A DNA stretch of 63,972 bases, counting the filler, from Diploschistes diacapsis (taxonomy: Eukaryota), in the NCBI GenBank assembly GCA_023645945.1. It is 5 parts of 5 records of this genome, joined end to end, with 100 filler letters (N's around TTAATTAATTAA, not from the genome) between each part and the next. Parts side by side here need not be neighbours in the genome. Positions count along the whole stretch, not along the records: positions 39,708 to 52,812 come from JALAIB010000688.1; positions 52,913 to 63,972 come from JALAIB010000861.1; 3 more parts are not named here. One strand, 5' to 3'. The position numbers and the translations under genes are program-made. A model generated the notes under the pieces. The model saw nothing but the letters and a program-made list of their open reading frames with translations. It was not told the origin of the DNA and made no database searches. Below, in pieces: positions 49,724 to 61,686 of the stretch; the first letter of the stretch is position 1, and each line of letters starts with the position of its first letter.

Positions 49724-50608
49724 TCATACTGGGCTGCTGTCTACTTTCTCGGCCTCCGCGGGCCAAAAACACCAAGCGACGGTAATCACAGTCTTCAATC
49801 CGCCCGCTATCCAGAGACTGGCGGCAACGTTCACAAGCGCCTTGGAAATCCAGCCGCCAGCAATGGCCCCCACGAGCATCAAGACAAATCCAGCAGCGCG
49901 GCGATTACGCTTTGGGTTTTTGGATAGTGGCGCGAAAAGTGCCGGGTCCCGCCATAGATCGCACAGCAGCCCTGTCACAACGACCGTGGACAACTCGCCG
50001 TAGTTCAGCGTAAAGGTTGCGAGCATCTGACCCGAAGCCTGGAAGCTAAGCAGGGCGATGGCCAGCAGTTGATTGAACTCTTCCTCGTCGACGTGGACGG
50101 GCGGTACTGTGCCGTCGACCCAGCCGGATTGAACCAGAGCCGCCGCGGCAAAGATGAAGACCGATTGGATTGAGAAGGAAAAGGCTAGCGTTCTGCGTTG
50201 ATGTGCTGGAGCGAGAAGAATATTGAGGCGGGAGAAGAAGATGGCGCCGAGAGTGAAACAGACGAGCGAGAGGAACGAGTGCAGCCAGCCGTAGGGCCGG
50301 CGTGTATCCAGGCCGGAGGCACCGAGTGCAAGGAAAATGGTGTTTCCCGTCTGCATCAGTGCAAATGTTCTGAACGCTGCAAACATTGTGCTGTCAACCA
50401 TGCCGGAAAGGAAGCTGCATGCTAGAATGGGGAGTTCAGCGAATCGTCGGCGTACTGGAGCTTTGAAATAGTCCGAGGTTGTCATCGATATGGTGGACGA
50501 CGAGCCGGGAGGGACGGAGCCTGCATATGGATGCCTCTCGTTCTCGGCACGTTCATTCTGCTGATGTGGAGAGATAGGTAGGGTCCTGCTGGTGTCCTTG
50601 GTGTCCAT
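49724..50608 (-). CDS. DUF1275 (YoaK-like) membrane protein
   Basis: SFLSGMVDS..F...RTFALMQTGNTIFLALG, LLSFQASGQ, ELSTVVVTGLLCDL and RNRRAAG...GAIAGG; several TM helices; TATA-like run at ~50688. Confidence 0.88.
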   Translation of the reverse strand: MDTKDTSRTLPISPHQQNERAENERHPYAGSVPPGSSSTISMTTSDYFKAPVRRRFAELPILACSFLSGMVDSTMFAAFRTFALMQTGNTIFLALGASGLDTRRPYGWLHSFLSLVCFTLGAIFFSRLNILLAPAHQRRTLAFSFSIQSVFIFAAAALVQSGWVDGTVPPVHVDEEEFNQLLAIALLSFQASGQMLATFTLNYGELSTVVVTGLLCDLWRDPALFAPLSKNPKRNRRAAGFVLMLVGAIAGGWISKALVNVAASLWIAGGLKTVITVAWCFWPAEAEKVDSSPV

Positions 50609-52439
50609 CGCTATCTGCCTTTGATTCAAGGATATCGAGACTGGAGAAACCTGGGAAGGACGGTAATGGGCATGGTACGGCGCTAGCTATATATATTTTG
50701 AGGTGCTTGCCAGGATACTACAGTACCTATAAAGCGTACCCTACCCCATGTGATTTCTGATCTTATACATCAGCCGTTAAGCAACTTTGATACAACTGTG
50801 GCCCGCGGCAGCTTAAGGGCATGGAGCTGTAAGAAGACAAGCTGAATGTTCCGAATTACTAGGTCGCCAATCCGAAGAGGAATGAGGCTGCCCATGATCT
50901 CCACGGCCCGCTGCGGGACGTGCGACGTCAGCCACGTTGGGAATCAGGCGTCGCCCATTCCTTTATCATGGAGGTTCAATAGGCTATCAGGTACATATGC
51001 AAGGTTTCTTTCCTGGGAGTCGGTAGCCATGCAGTCTGCTTTTGCTCCTTGGCACATCTTGGCATAGTGTTAGAGACTACGCACAGGAAAGGCTACTAAC
51101 CTGCGCAGGCAAAGGTCCAATCGATTTCCACGGCCACGGCCCGCAAAGCCTCAGACTATACAACGGCAACGCAGAACATCAACGGACCAGGCGTCTGGAT
51201 AGGCAACACCTTTTTCGGCAGTGCGCGATAATTACTATACTCGGTTGGAGCCCAGAAAGGGTGGTGCAGCCAAGTATCGCCGAGGCTACGATCTGCAAGT
51301 TTATCTATTGGCAAATTCGACCCTGATTGTTATGGGAAACGATGTAACCTGTCCAGCGTCTTGGCCGTCCTTCTTGGACCCAGCATCTTGGGACACAATA
51401 ACCCAACGTGTAGGACACCAGATCGCCGATACGTATTCTATCAGATTGACATATTTGCTGCGTGACGAAAGAGGAATCAACAGATAATACACGGTGTAGA
51501 AAGTCGCAGCGTTAGAGACCTCTCCGCTCTTAACACTTCGCCTACGGAGGGGTCACCATGTAGCCTGAGCTCGAGACGGTTGGTAGGAGAGTGTTGTGGT
51601 AAAGAAAATTCTCCCAAGAATGTTTTTTCTCCCACTGGTCACTCCTTTACCCCCCACGCTACCGAGGACGTTGCCCTTGGCGTCTGCCATCCCCTTGCAT
51701 GGCTTCTCCTGATCTAATCCAACTCTCCCGATCTGGCCCAACCCTTTAGCATAGCTTGGACATTATGCAATGCCTCCGTGGATTGGCATTGGCTTGGCTC
51801 CGCGCAGTGCTTCCCAGATCGCTGAGAGACGGACTCAGGATAAGGCTTAAACCATCTTGCGGGCCGCTCTTTGTAATGTGAAGTCCCTTCGGTAAATTTC
51901 CAAGGAAGGTTCCAGCGCAGCTTTATGGCGGCGGCAAGAAATTGCTGGGCACTGGGAAGTCCCGATCTTGGCAGGGGGGCTTAAGGCGGGGTGACGTGTC
52001 GGCAGTGGCTTATAAAAACCAGTGTGCGTGGCGGGATATCAGACACAGTGTCTATCTTCGCATGGATGTTGTTCTAGATCGTTTGCACAATAGGAATGCA
52101 TGAAGGCAAAGAGCGCTTAAGACATTGAGAGGGACAAAACGAAATACTGAAAGCTTTACCGACCATCCCGCTTCCATGCCGAAGGCCAGCCTCTCCCTGA
52201 GCCGATTAAATTCAAAGGTCTTTCAAGGTCGCATCTTGCGGCAGTACAAAGTCAGAAAACAGAATAAGAACATGGAGTAAAGGGGTTGGAGTCGTTCAAC
52301 TATCGTCAGTGACTACAGCCAGTTAGAAGAATCGAGCCATGCTCCATGTTGTGTCTTGAAAAGAGATACCGTATAACAGTACCAGAAAATCTCCTCACTC
52401 TTCATCCATATGCTGACTGAGGAACAATCAGCCAAGCGA

Positions 52440-52812
52440 AACTTGGTATTATTAATTTAAACATACGGGTTATTCGATTTAAATAACATCGAATTAAATT
52501 AATTAATTTTAAAACGGTTCGTAACGTTTAATTAAACTTTTTATTAATTTTTCGTAATTCGGTCGTATTTAATAAAAAATTGTATAATAAAAATAAATCT
52601 AAATCGAGTCGATTTATAATTGAGACAGCCCAGCCCAGGGGCCTGCCAAGCTGGGCCTGCCAAGCCACGGCAGGGTCAATGCCCAGGTGCTTGCCAAGAC
52701 ACGGCAAGGTTAGGGAATGGTTGTGTAGACGGGTAGTCCCCGAATCCTAATAAATCTGACATTTACATTACTTAACGGTACCTTCCTTTTATTTAAATAG
52801 TTTCTTCTTTAG
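52440..52812. mobile_element. AT-rich repeat relic with an internal GC-rich island
   Basis: TpA-rich tract at the contig end. Island 52626-52715 carries GC(C/T)TGCCAAG x3 and CACGGCA x2. Confidence 0.45.
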
Positions 52813-52912
52813 NNNNNNNNNNNNNNNNNNNNNNNNNNNNNNNNNNNNNNNNNNNNTTAATTAATTAANNNNNNNNNNNNNNNNNNNNNNNNNNNNNNNN
52901 NNNNNNNNNNNN
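52813..52912. other. Artificial contig linker
   Basis: N-run + TTAATTAATTAA + N-run. Confidence 0.98.
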
Positions 52913-52951
52913 GCTTTATTAAATCATTATCATCATTGCTCGTGTCCAAGC

Positions 52952-55616
52952 TCACCGCTCGTGCGCCGCTGCCTTGCCCAGCACGAGTCCCATGAGCACC
53001 TCCATCATGCTTTCCCTCTCCACCGTCCTGCCCGCCTCGATTTCCGTTCGGGAGCCCATGGGACTTAGGTCGCTCATTTGCATCGCCGTGCCATCGCTGT
53101 TCGGGCTGCTCTCGCCGCTCTGCATCGAGCCCACCTCGGTGATGTTGACTTCAATCTCGTTGCTCACGTGCACGCCGCCAAAGGGGTTCTCGGCCGCGTG
53201 GGGCACGAGGTTCTTCTCCGAGACGTTGTCGCCTGCTCCGTTGCTGCCGGCCTCGGAAACAGCCGAGGGGGGGCTCGGGTTACCGGAAAGACATGACTTG
53301 ATGTGCGTGCCAATAAGAGGCTTGGGCGAGCCTTTGAAGAAGGTAGACCTACGCTCGTGGCTCTTTCTTGCGAGGTCGTCTGTTGGGATCAGTACTCGGT
53401 CTTGCGGATGCGGCTTGGTGGTATCCATGGCATAGGCAAGCTCCTGACGAACGCGCGAGCCGAAGACCGTGTGGTCGGGCGAGCCTGGATAGCAGTGCTG
53501 TTGGGCCAGGAATAGACGTGTGGGGACAAGTGTATCTTGGTACGTGGCTGGATGAATGTAATGGATGTCGGTCATGAAGCGGAAGGCAACCACGGTAGCT
53601 GCTTGAGCCCCGTGCCCGACTTTTGGCATGCTATTTAGGCGACAGGGGCCATCCAGTACTCGAGCAATAAGACGCGCCTTGCAAAAAAGCTTCTCTCCTA
53701 AGCGATGCAGCATCTGCCCCATTGCGTGACACATCTTAGCTACGAACTCTCTCTGCTCTTGTGAAAATTTTCTCAACGTCTCTTCTTCCTCCCAGTGACG
53801 CAACAGAGCGTGGGCTTCCCAGTCATTGTACGCTGAGAAAAGAGCGGTCTGCCAACGTTCGAGCCTGTTGAGCGACAATCGCACGGAAGGTAGCAGGTTC
53901 CTCAAGTCCTTTCGAACAAGAACCTCGAACCCGCCAATTCTCGGCTTGAGCACGAAGCAGGCAAGATGCACGCCCGGTGTCATTCCCCTGGGTATTTCAT
54001 GGTACCCGCTCAGGTCGTCCAGGTAGGGCTTGAGTTCTCCAGAGGTTATCTGCATGCTATGGGCTAGATCACCAAGTATGTTGTTCACCGGAGCGAAGGT
54101 GAAGCCGAGAGCCTGCAAGCGAAGTGCATCTGGTCTATCGACCTTTCGGACAAGGAACAGGAGCTACTTCTGATAAGCATGCGCTATACAATCACCACGT
54201 ATAAGCCTACCACTGACCTGTCCTCGACCAAGCGTCATTCCTCGAAGCGGCGACGGTGCCGTCTCCTGGGTATGGCTGGACCTAATTGTTGCATTCGGCG
54301 AGAAACCCATGGGTTGCGGGCTAATGCAAGCGGTGTCCAGGATCTTGTCGTAGAGGACGCCAATGCTTGCCAAGGGCAGACCGAGGCTACCAGCCAGATC
54401 GTAGGCCGCGACGCAGAAGAGCTCCTTGAAAGCAAGTATGGGATCTGGACGATTCTCGCCGTTGGCACCATCAAGCGAATATGAACGGAAATCAGCATGC
54501 TCCGATCGCTTGTGCTGTTTCATGCAAGGGACGATGCCAGAGACACAGTGCCAGTTACGTGAGAGCCGAAACAGCCAGATGAAGATCGGATGGTCAGCGT
54601 CGAACTGTTCCTTGAAAGAACGCTGTATATAGGATCTAGTGATTTTTGCGGAAGGGAGCAGACCGGTAGAGTTGAGCATGAGTTTGCCTTCAGGATCCCA
54701 GTACGCCAAGGCAATACTCACCTGTCTGGCTTTTTGAGCGTACAGCATACTTACATACTGCCAGAGTACTCCGAAAGCCAGAAGAACACCGCAGCAAGAA
54801 AGACCAAGCGCACAGCACACCCAAACGGCGTCGGTCTTGTTCCAGCCGCTTGATAACCAAGGATTTCCTTGCCATGCATAAGAGGCTCCCATTATCGCAG
54901 TCCAGTGCATCGAGGCGACGGCACCCGAAAGGCCGACCGCGCACAACAGCCGCTTCCATAGCCTATTTGTCCATACCGACTTCTGCCAGAAGAATATTCC
55001 AAGCGTGACCGCCGCAGCCACGACGGCGATGAGCGCAGACCCCGCCACGTATTTGGGGTCCCAAACATTGCTATAGTTGACCATACCGACTTGGCCGAGA
55101 TAGTGCATACCGCAAACGGCAGCTCCGCAAATGAGGCCTCCGGAAACGGTCTGGAGAGGGCTGATACCATTCGATGACGAGAAGACAAAGAAGGCTATGC
55201 CGACAACACCGATGGCAAGGACTAAAGAACCGACAATATACGAAGGGGCATATATAATTTGCATGTCTGGTGCATTGCCGTCCATGACGATTGCACACAT
55301 CCCTATGAAGTGCATTGACCTGAACTTGCATTAGCAGTATAGGCTAGAGTATTGTAGTCTTTCCAAACATGCCAGATCGCAACTCCACCCATCGCGGCTG
55401 CCGCTCCGGCCAGCAGGAACCTGTACACGTTAGATGAGAGACATGGTATATTGTGAAGACCTACCAGTTATATCGACCAGAGTCTGAGTTTCTTCGATGG
55501 AGCAGCTCCAGAGCAGTTACACAGCCGACAACGCTAACAACGTAAGAGAGAGCAACGTAGCCTGGCATTGCCTTCCAGGGCACGATCTGTCCCTGCTGTA
55601 CGGTCATGCCGTCCAT
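52952..55616 (-). CDS. Fungal MHYT-domain integral membrane (putative sensor) protein, 4 exons
   Basis: YVALSYVVSVVGCVTALELL, then three MHYT repeats (AIWSMHFIGM, VCGMHYLGQ, VASMHWTA) and a long cytoplasmic C-terminal region. Introns ~55422-55463, 55320-55372 (GC-AG) and ~54165-54217. Confidence 0.9.
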
Positions 55617-57419
55617 AGTGACGAAAAGTCTGTGCAGATGGGAAAGAGAGGCGCAGATGGTAGAGGTGCTCAAGCCAAGCAATCTTTCGTAGCAATAAAG
55701 CTACAAGAGTTGCTCTACCAGATCGGAGAAGCATGAAAAAGGATGGCAAGGGAAAAAAATTGAATATAGGATGGTCAGAGACAGGGACAGAGAGAGCTCC
55801 GGGAAGAAGTGCAAAAGTAAGAAGGGGCATACTTGATGCGAAGGGAAAGAGAACAGCCCATCGTGCCTACCTTCCAGCAGCCTAGCCACCAGAACCGTGT
55901 CCAGCGAACTAGAGTGCAAGGCTAGAAGGTCAAAATGAAGACTATGAGAATGAGGTAGTCGTAGAACATGGTTCGAGTGTCCGCTCTGGATCGAGAGAAC
56001 GGAAGTGGCTGGAACATTAAGGAGCCCATAGAGACAACGAACAGAGAGGAAGAGAGGGAGGAATGCAAATCGGTCAAGAAGTGTCAATTTTCTGAGTTGC
56101 AGCGTCAACATCTTCCACTTCAAGTTCTTGCCCACACCGTCAGGTCAATCCAGGTCTTAGTAAGCTATCCCCATCCTCAGCTCTATATACACATCATATT
56201 CTAGATGTCAGCACTTGGGGGACGATTCTTAGGGACTCGGGCACGATCGTTATCTGGAATAGAGCAATGTGGTTCGGAAGGGGCTTCAAACCATTGCTGG
56301 CCACTACTTCCCGGTCAGCTCTTCCTGGATCGTCGATGCTAGAAACATAGTTCAAGACTTCGCTATAGTAGAAGCCAGGTCTCGGGGAGCAAGCTTGCTT
56401 CTCAGAGTCTATTAGCGAGACCATATCCGATCCACCTCCCTTCCGTATAGTACTTTTGTTTCTTCGCAACTATGGCGACGCCATCTTCTCCATCCATCAG
56501 CGGATTTACAGCATCTGGAAATGATAATACTGCTCAATGGCCGGCATCTACTGCCAGCCTCGCGCGTCCCTCAACGATCACAACCGCCGTGTAAACTAAA
56601 CGGAGAATTCCCATGGTTCAGAAAGGCGTTTTGAAAGTGCTGGATGGGTCAGTGCGACGGTCTCGCGTGCTGGCAAGATACCCGGCCCTCTACCCGAATG
56701 CATGCTAAACAACGCCTGGGGCCATCCCATAGCAAAGTCAAGGTCAAAGTGTAAGCCTAAGCCCTTTGAGTGCTACAGTATATGTGTTCTATCTATCCCA
56801 TACTTCATGTCTGGGCCGCTTTGCCAGCAAGAAGAAGTATCAAGGTAAGAATCCTCCTCATCCGCATAAGAGTCTTATGGTAATAAGCCTCAATTGAGTT
56901 TATTGGTGTTGGTAAAGCCTCCAGCCGTGAAGCTACAGCAGCAAAGAAGGTAGCGAAGAAGGTCGCACTGAGCCAACGGTGACAAATAATCCTTAGATCA
57001 AAGCCTTCCGTGCAAATCGCGCCGCCTACAGGTGTAGGACTTAGCATGATACTATCGGAGTTTTGTATTAGTATATAACTACGTATGCATGCGTATGCGA
57101 GGCCCGCATCAGTCCTCCGTCTCCTGCCTGATTCATTAAAGAACGTGTGCTCATCGGAAAAAGAGCCACCGAACAAGGACCGATTCCCCTGAGAGAGCCC
57201 CTGAACTCCCGTTGCGACCAAGCATACCCCCTTGACCGTGTACGCTGTGTTGGAAACAAGCTTCAGTATGCCTCCTTTAGCGAACATGCCATCTGTTACC
57301 ACAGTATATTAACTGCCTTGTCGTCTGGTATGGTACGTAGATGCTTTGAAAACTCATGCGCGGTATTGTCCTCATCTCCCACTACCCGCCAGAAACACTG
57401 AAGGCGATTCGGTCGTTGT

Positions 57420-59399
57420 TCAGTCTGCGCTGCTTGTGACGGGTGTTCGTTTCGACTGCACCTCCTCGCCTGCAACAAACAGGTTCTCCTGTAGCGTATG
57501 ATACAGAATGGGAGCCCAGATCCGCCAATTCAGCACCGTAATCTGCGCAATACTCATCCCCATTGCTTCCAGTCTGAGCAGCTCTGGCGGGCGTTGCATC
57601 TGTGCAGGCATGAGATGTTCGGGATGACAATGTTCATGGATCTGTAATGGAGGAAGGCTATAGATCACGCCGATTTCGTACTCGATATAGTCATCCAGAT
57701 CGTTGCTCAGATCTTCTTCGATCCGTCCAAAAACTTCACTATCTGGGTTCTTGGTCTCTGCAAGGCAGCTGCAAGCGCGCATTGTGTCTTCTGCCGAAGG
57801 TATCTCTTTGATTCCGCAGATCTCGTAAACGGTACGAACTATCTCTAGGGCCTTCGCGGGAAGCAAGTTTTCTCCCGGCCAATGTCCCGGTTCTGCCAGC
57901 TGCAGGATCCGGAAACGAAGCATCTCTTTCACGCCCATTGATAGGTCACCCGAGAAGCCGCGATTCCTCAATGCTCCAAGAAATACATGCCAGATCTGCC
58001 GATCGGACAGCATTTGCCTATAGTTTCTTTGCAGATTGTGGATCCGAGCTCTGTCGTACCCGAAGGAGACTGGGATTTTCTCACAGCCACCAGATCGAAC
58101 CGGGTCGCGAACCAGGTCGCGAATTGCGCGGCCAAGCAACGTTATCCTACATCTCTCGATACCAACGTTTTCTTCTTCAACGTCGTCTTCATCGTCACCG
58201 CATTGCTCCTGGGAGACTCTGAGGGTTTCCCGATCGTACCAAATCCTAGCTTCCTGTAATTCATCTCGATCTAGGGCTGGCTCATCGTCGACGTCTTCGA
58301 GCATTCGCTGTAAGAAGCGCTCACGGACATAGTCGGTGCTGTCATTGATCATCAGCAGTCGCAAAAAGCGGAGTTGATGATTTGCAATGTCCTGGGAACA
58401 GTCAATGCGTCGCAAATAACGTTTCGTTGTCAAACTTACAAGTTTCATAATCTCGAACAAACTAAACAGATTGAGGAGACCTCGCGAGAGTTGCACAGGT
58501 CTAAATTTGGCAACCGCTTCGTTCATAGTCTCGACGATCGTGTCCACGTCCTTGTCTCGCAGCGGAGAACAAGAACCTTTCAGAATGCGGCCAAGCCAAT
58601 TATTGACAAGCACGAGATCGCAAACTCCTTTACGAAGCTGCTGCATGAGCAAGTCGACGTCAAGCGCTTGGTCAACAGAAGGCCAATCCTCGTCACGGAT
58701 GAGGGTCGGAAGAATATCGCGTAATGTATTGAACAGCGTCGGTAGCCTCCAGACGTGATTGGGAATTCCTTCAGCGTGGAGCAAGCATTCAGAATTCGGT
58801 CTGATGGCGCACTCCATGTACAAGGCTAGCTCGATAGACATTGCTTGCCAATACGCGTCCGACCTCTCTTTCTTCCGCTGGCCCGCTGCACCCATGTACG
58901 ATGGCCGAAACTCCACTTCACTCATATCCCTGTCAAAGTTCAGATCGTGTCTCATCCGAGGCCTTTTGATAATGTTCGAGATGTCAAGCGATCCAAGCGA
59001 TGCTTTGGTGATGGGCGGTTCTCGATCCGCTGAGAACAGCGGACGCAGGTCGAAGTCGCAAGCATTTAAAGTTGAGTATGTTTCCCAATGCGGAACATGG
59101 CTGCCGAACTGATACATGTATCTCTCGCCACGCTCCGTCTGTTGTTTGCAAATCGTTTGCGATGGGTTGCGGTTATCCGTAGCTGGATCCGGACTTGCAC
59201 GATTCGAGCAAGATGCCACCTTTTCTGTACCTTCGGGTGTGGATGTGAGCTTGGAAGGAGCAAGCATCTGTCTTGGCATCTGAGTCTTTTGGTCTTCAAT
59301 AGCTGGTACCTCGGACGGTCGGCTGGCGTCTTGGAAGGTATTTGACCCTTCATCTTGCGCCACGCGCCTCTCTTGAGGACTTTGCATCCGCTCCGCCAT
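57420..59399 (-). CDS. SOK1: T-complex protein 11 (Tcp11/Sok1) family protein; 5' end uncertain
   Basis: PPITKASLGSLDI..I....RMRHDLNFD...FRP, LDVDLLMQQL.KGVCD, LKGSCSPLRD, EIMKL|DIANHQLRFLR..MI and LNWRIWAPILY. Intron 58392-58439. Confidence 0.85.
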   Translation of the reverse strand: MAERMQSPQERRVAQDEGSNTFQDASRPSEVPAIEDQKTQMPRQMLAPSKLTSTPEGTEKVASCSNRASPDPATDNRNPSQTICKQQTERGERYMYQFGSHVPHWETYSTLNACDFDLRPLFSADREPPITKASLGSLDISNIIKRPRMRHDLNFDRDMSEVEFRPSYMGAAGQRKKERSDAYWQAMSIELALYMECAIRPNSECLLHAEGIPNHVWRLPTLFNTLRDILPTLIRDEDWPSVDQALDVDLLMQQLRKGVCDLVLVNNWLGRILKGSCSPLRDKDVDTIVETMNEAVAKFRPVQLSRGLLNLFSLFEIMKLVSLTTKRYLRRIDCSQDIANHQLRFLRLLMINDSTDYVRERFLQRMLEDVDDEPALDRDELQEARIWYDRETLRVSQEQCGDDEDDVEEENVGIERCRITLLGRAIRDLVRDPVRSGGCEKIPVSFGYDRARIHNLQRNYRQMLSDRQIWHVFLGALRNRGFSGDLSMGVKEMLRFRILQLAEPGHWPGENLLPAKALEIVRTVYEICGIKEIPSAEDTMRACSCLAETKNPDSEVFGRIEEDLSNDLDDYIEYEIGVIYSLPPLQIHEHCHPEHLMPAQMQRPPELLRLEAMGMSIAQITVLNWRIWAPILYHTLQENLFVAGEEVQSKRTPVTSSAD

Positions 59400-61686
59400 C
59401 TGGATGGATGGTAAGTATGCTAGAGCTTAGGAAACGTATGATTGCGAAATTGAATCCATGCTGCAGACGTCTCCTATTTAGGCTCTGACTACCGGCACAA
59501 TCAGCTTGCTGTTCTGTTACATTGGGAAGTTCAAGGCCAACGTGACCGCCTTGTAAGCTTCGTTGATACTGATAGGCCTCCACAGCTTATCAATACTATT
59601 CCTAAGGCTTCTTGCCAGCAAAGACACTAGCAGAACAGGCTAACAAGTGCGAAAGAAGAAGGGCCTACAGTAATTTGCTATCAGAAGCTTGCCGTCAACG
59701 CATCCGGGCGCAACCAAGAACGTAGGGCAAGCCAATCCTCGAGATTCGAGGCGGGAGCGCAGGGGAATAAAGCGATGGGAGAGCCAAGTGCGAGAAGTGG
59801 CGAGCAATTCATAGAACCAAGGCAATCACTAGCTGGAACACACCGAGGGGCGAGAGCAAACTGGCGTGAGGCAAAGGGAGGCTCAATGACAGGGCGAGAC
59901 AACTCGCTTGGATGCAGTGGTTGCAGACGCGGATATCTTACCTCAGTGATCCGATTCCGGTTAGTTTGCAGGCGGAAGGACGATGCTATTGGCGGTGTGT
60001 GGGTGCGGTGTCTTGTACGCGGCTGCAGACATCTCCTATAGTCCGACGTGGCAAGTGAGGCTTTGTTCTGAGTAGAAACTAGGATTTATCTGCTGGGAAC
60101 ATCGTCCAAAAAAACAGCTTTCCTTTTGTCCCCCAGGCATAACCTGTGCCAAAAGACACTAAATGTCTAGGCTCTTGCAAAGACTGTCCGCCTCGCCAGC
60201 AGCGGCCCAGCACAAGCGCCCTAAGTCTTCAATGGTAAAAACAGAGGTTCCAGTGAGAAGCTGGAAGAAGAGAACGAGGCATGGAATACAGGTCGCAAAA
60301 AGTTTGCACAGAGTGTGTCGTGACACACTCGAACAAGGTGGGCTCTTTTGCAGCGATATCGAAGCGGCGTTGTGCTGTGCGTAGGATAGCTGCATGCAAC
60401 CAAGCCATCCTCAATGTTACACGTCGTTTCGACAATCTTGTAGCACAGAGTTCAACTGTGCCCATACTCTGGTTTCCTTATAACAAGTTTGCTTCGACTA
60501 GAGACTAGAGAGACCGTTAAGGTGGTCGAGTCAATCTTCAATGGAGGCTATGATCTCAAAATTCGCGGAAAACTCAAAGCCCGGCATCAGCTTGTTGCGA
60601 AGTTTGTAGAGCGAGCGATCATTTGAACGTATGCTGCCTGCAGCTGTCGACTGTGTGGACTGCATCCGGCAACACATTTTGACGGCTGCAAGCCCAGTGC
60701 ATACGAACTTAGATCCTTGAGTTGCCACAGCGCCTATCCAGTCGGTCGTTGGAGGAGACGAACAAGACATGATACGGGGAGTGAAGAAGGCCTTGCTTCT
60801 GAGGCAGCCAATGACTTTGTACATCCTGGATGTGGCTAGGTACAGTCCTTGTCCGGAATGCGTTGAGATCAACGCTGTGATCAACGACGCAAAGAGTTCA
60901 GATGAACTGCACCAAACGTGGGTGAAGACTCTCTGTTTTCTAGAACGACGTAGGTAAATAATTCTAAGGATGAGTTTCTAGTAGTTCTAGAGGAGGATGT
61001 TGGGAACTATAAGGGCGTTAGAACAACCTAATGAGGCAACACCAGGCAACCTGGGGGAGTTTGGCAAACATGACGCCCCCTGTGCCGCCACCCAAATACA
61101 ACGTAAGTGAGCTACCTACACCATCTTATGAGGGCACGTCCCTTCTAGTACATAAAGACTTTGGGACCTCATATGAGCATTCCAGTAAAACTGGGAAAGG
61201 GAAACAAAAGCTCTGGTAAACAGTATGGCAAAGTGCTAGCATTGGCCATGGCCCGTCCCCATCTTAGTGCTCCCAACTCGTATTGGCTATCTAAACTTGA
61301 CAGTGGAGTGATACCTTTGACTCGGATAAACGGTGATGCAGCATTTGAGAGATATCTTGGTATTGGTGTAAAGTATATTGAATCGGCCCTTTCCTGCAGC
61401 ACTGTATATCACACATATCCGGGCTTGCTATCGGGTGGTCGGTCTTCTGCGGCTGGACTGCACAAGGCCGCAGCACAGCAGGATGAAAAAGACTCCTGAT
61501 TGTATTCTTCACCAGTAGCAACAGATGCATCACTCCGAGTCCAAACCCCCCAACACTATAATCTGGAAATGGGATATGCAACCACCATATCCGTGTAACG
61601 TCCTAAAGACATCAGATAGACCAACAGGCGAAGTGCTTCACTGAACAAGTTGCACTTCGACAATTCAGAGCCGGCTGGACTTCGAG

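Noticed and set aside
44635..50608. Secondary-metabolite or functional gene cluster (monooxygenase, GH76, DUF1275)
   Set aside because: No backbone enzyme, and most members are pseudogenes.
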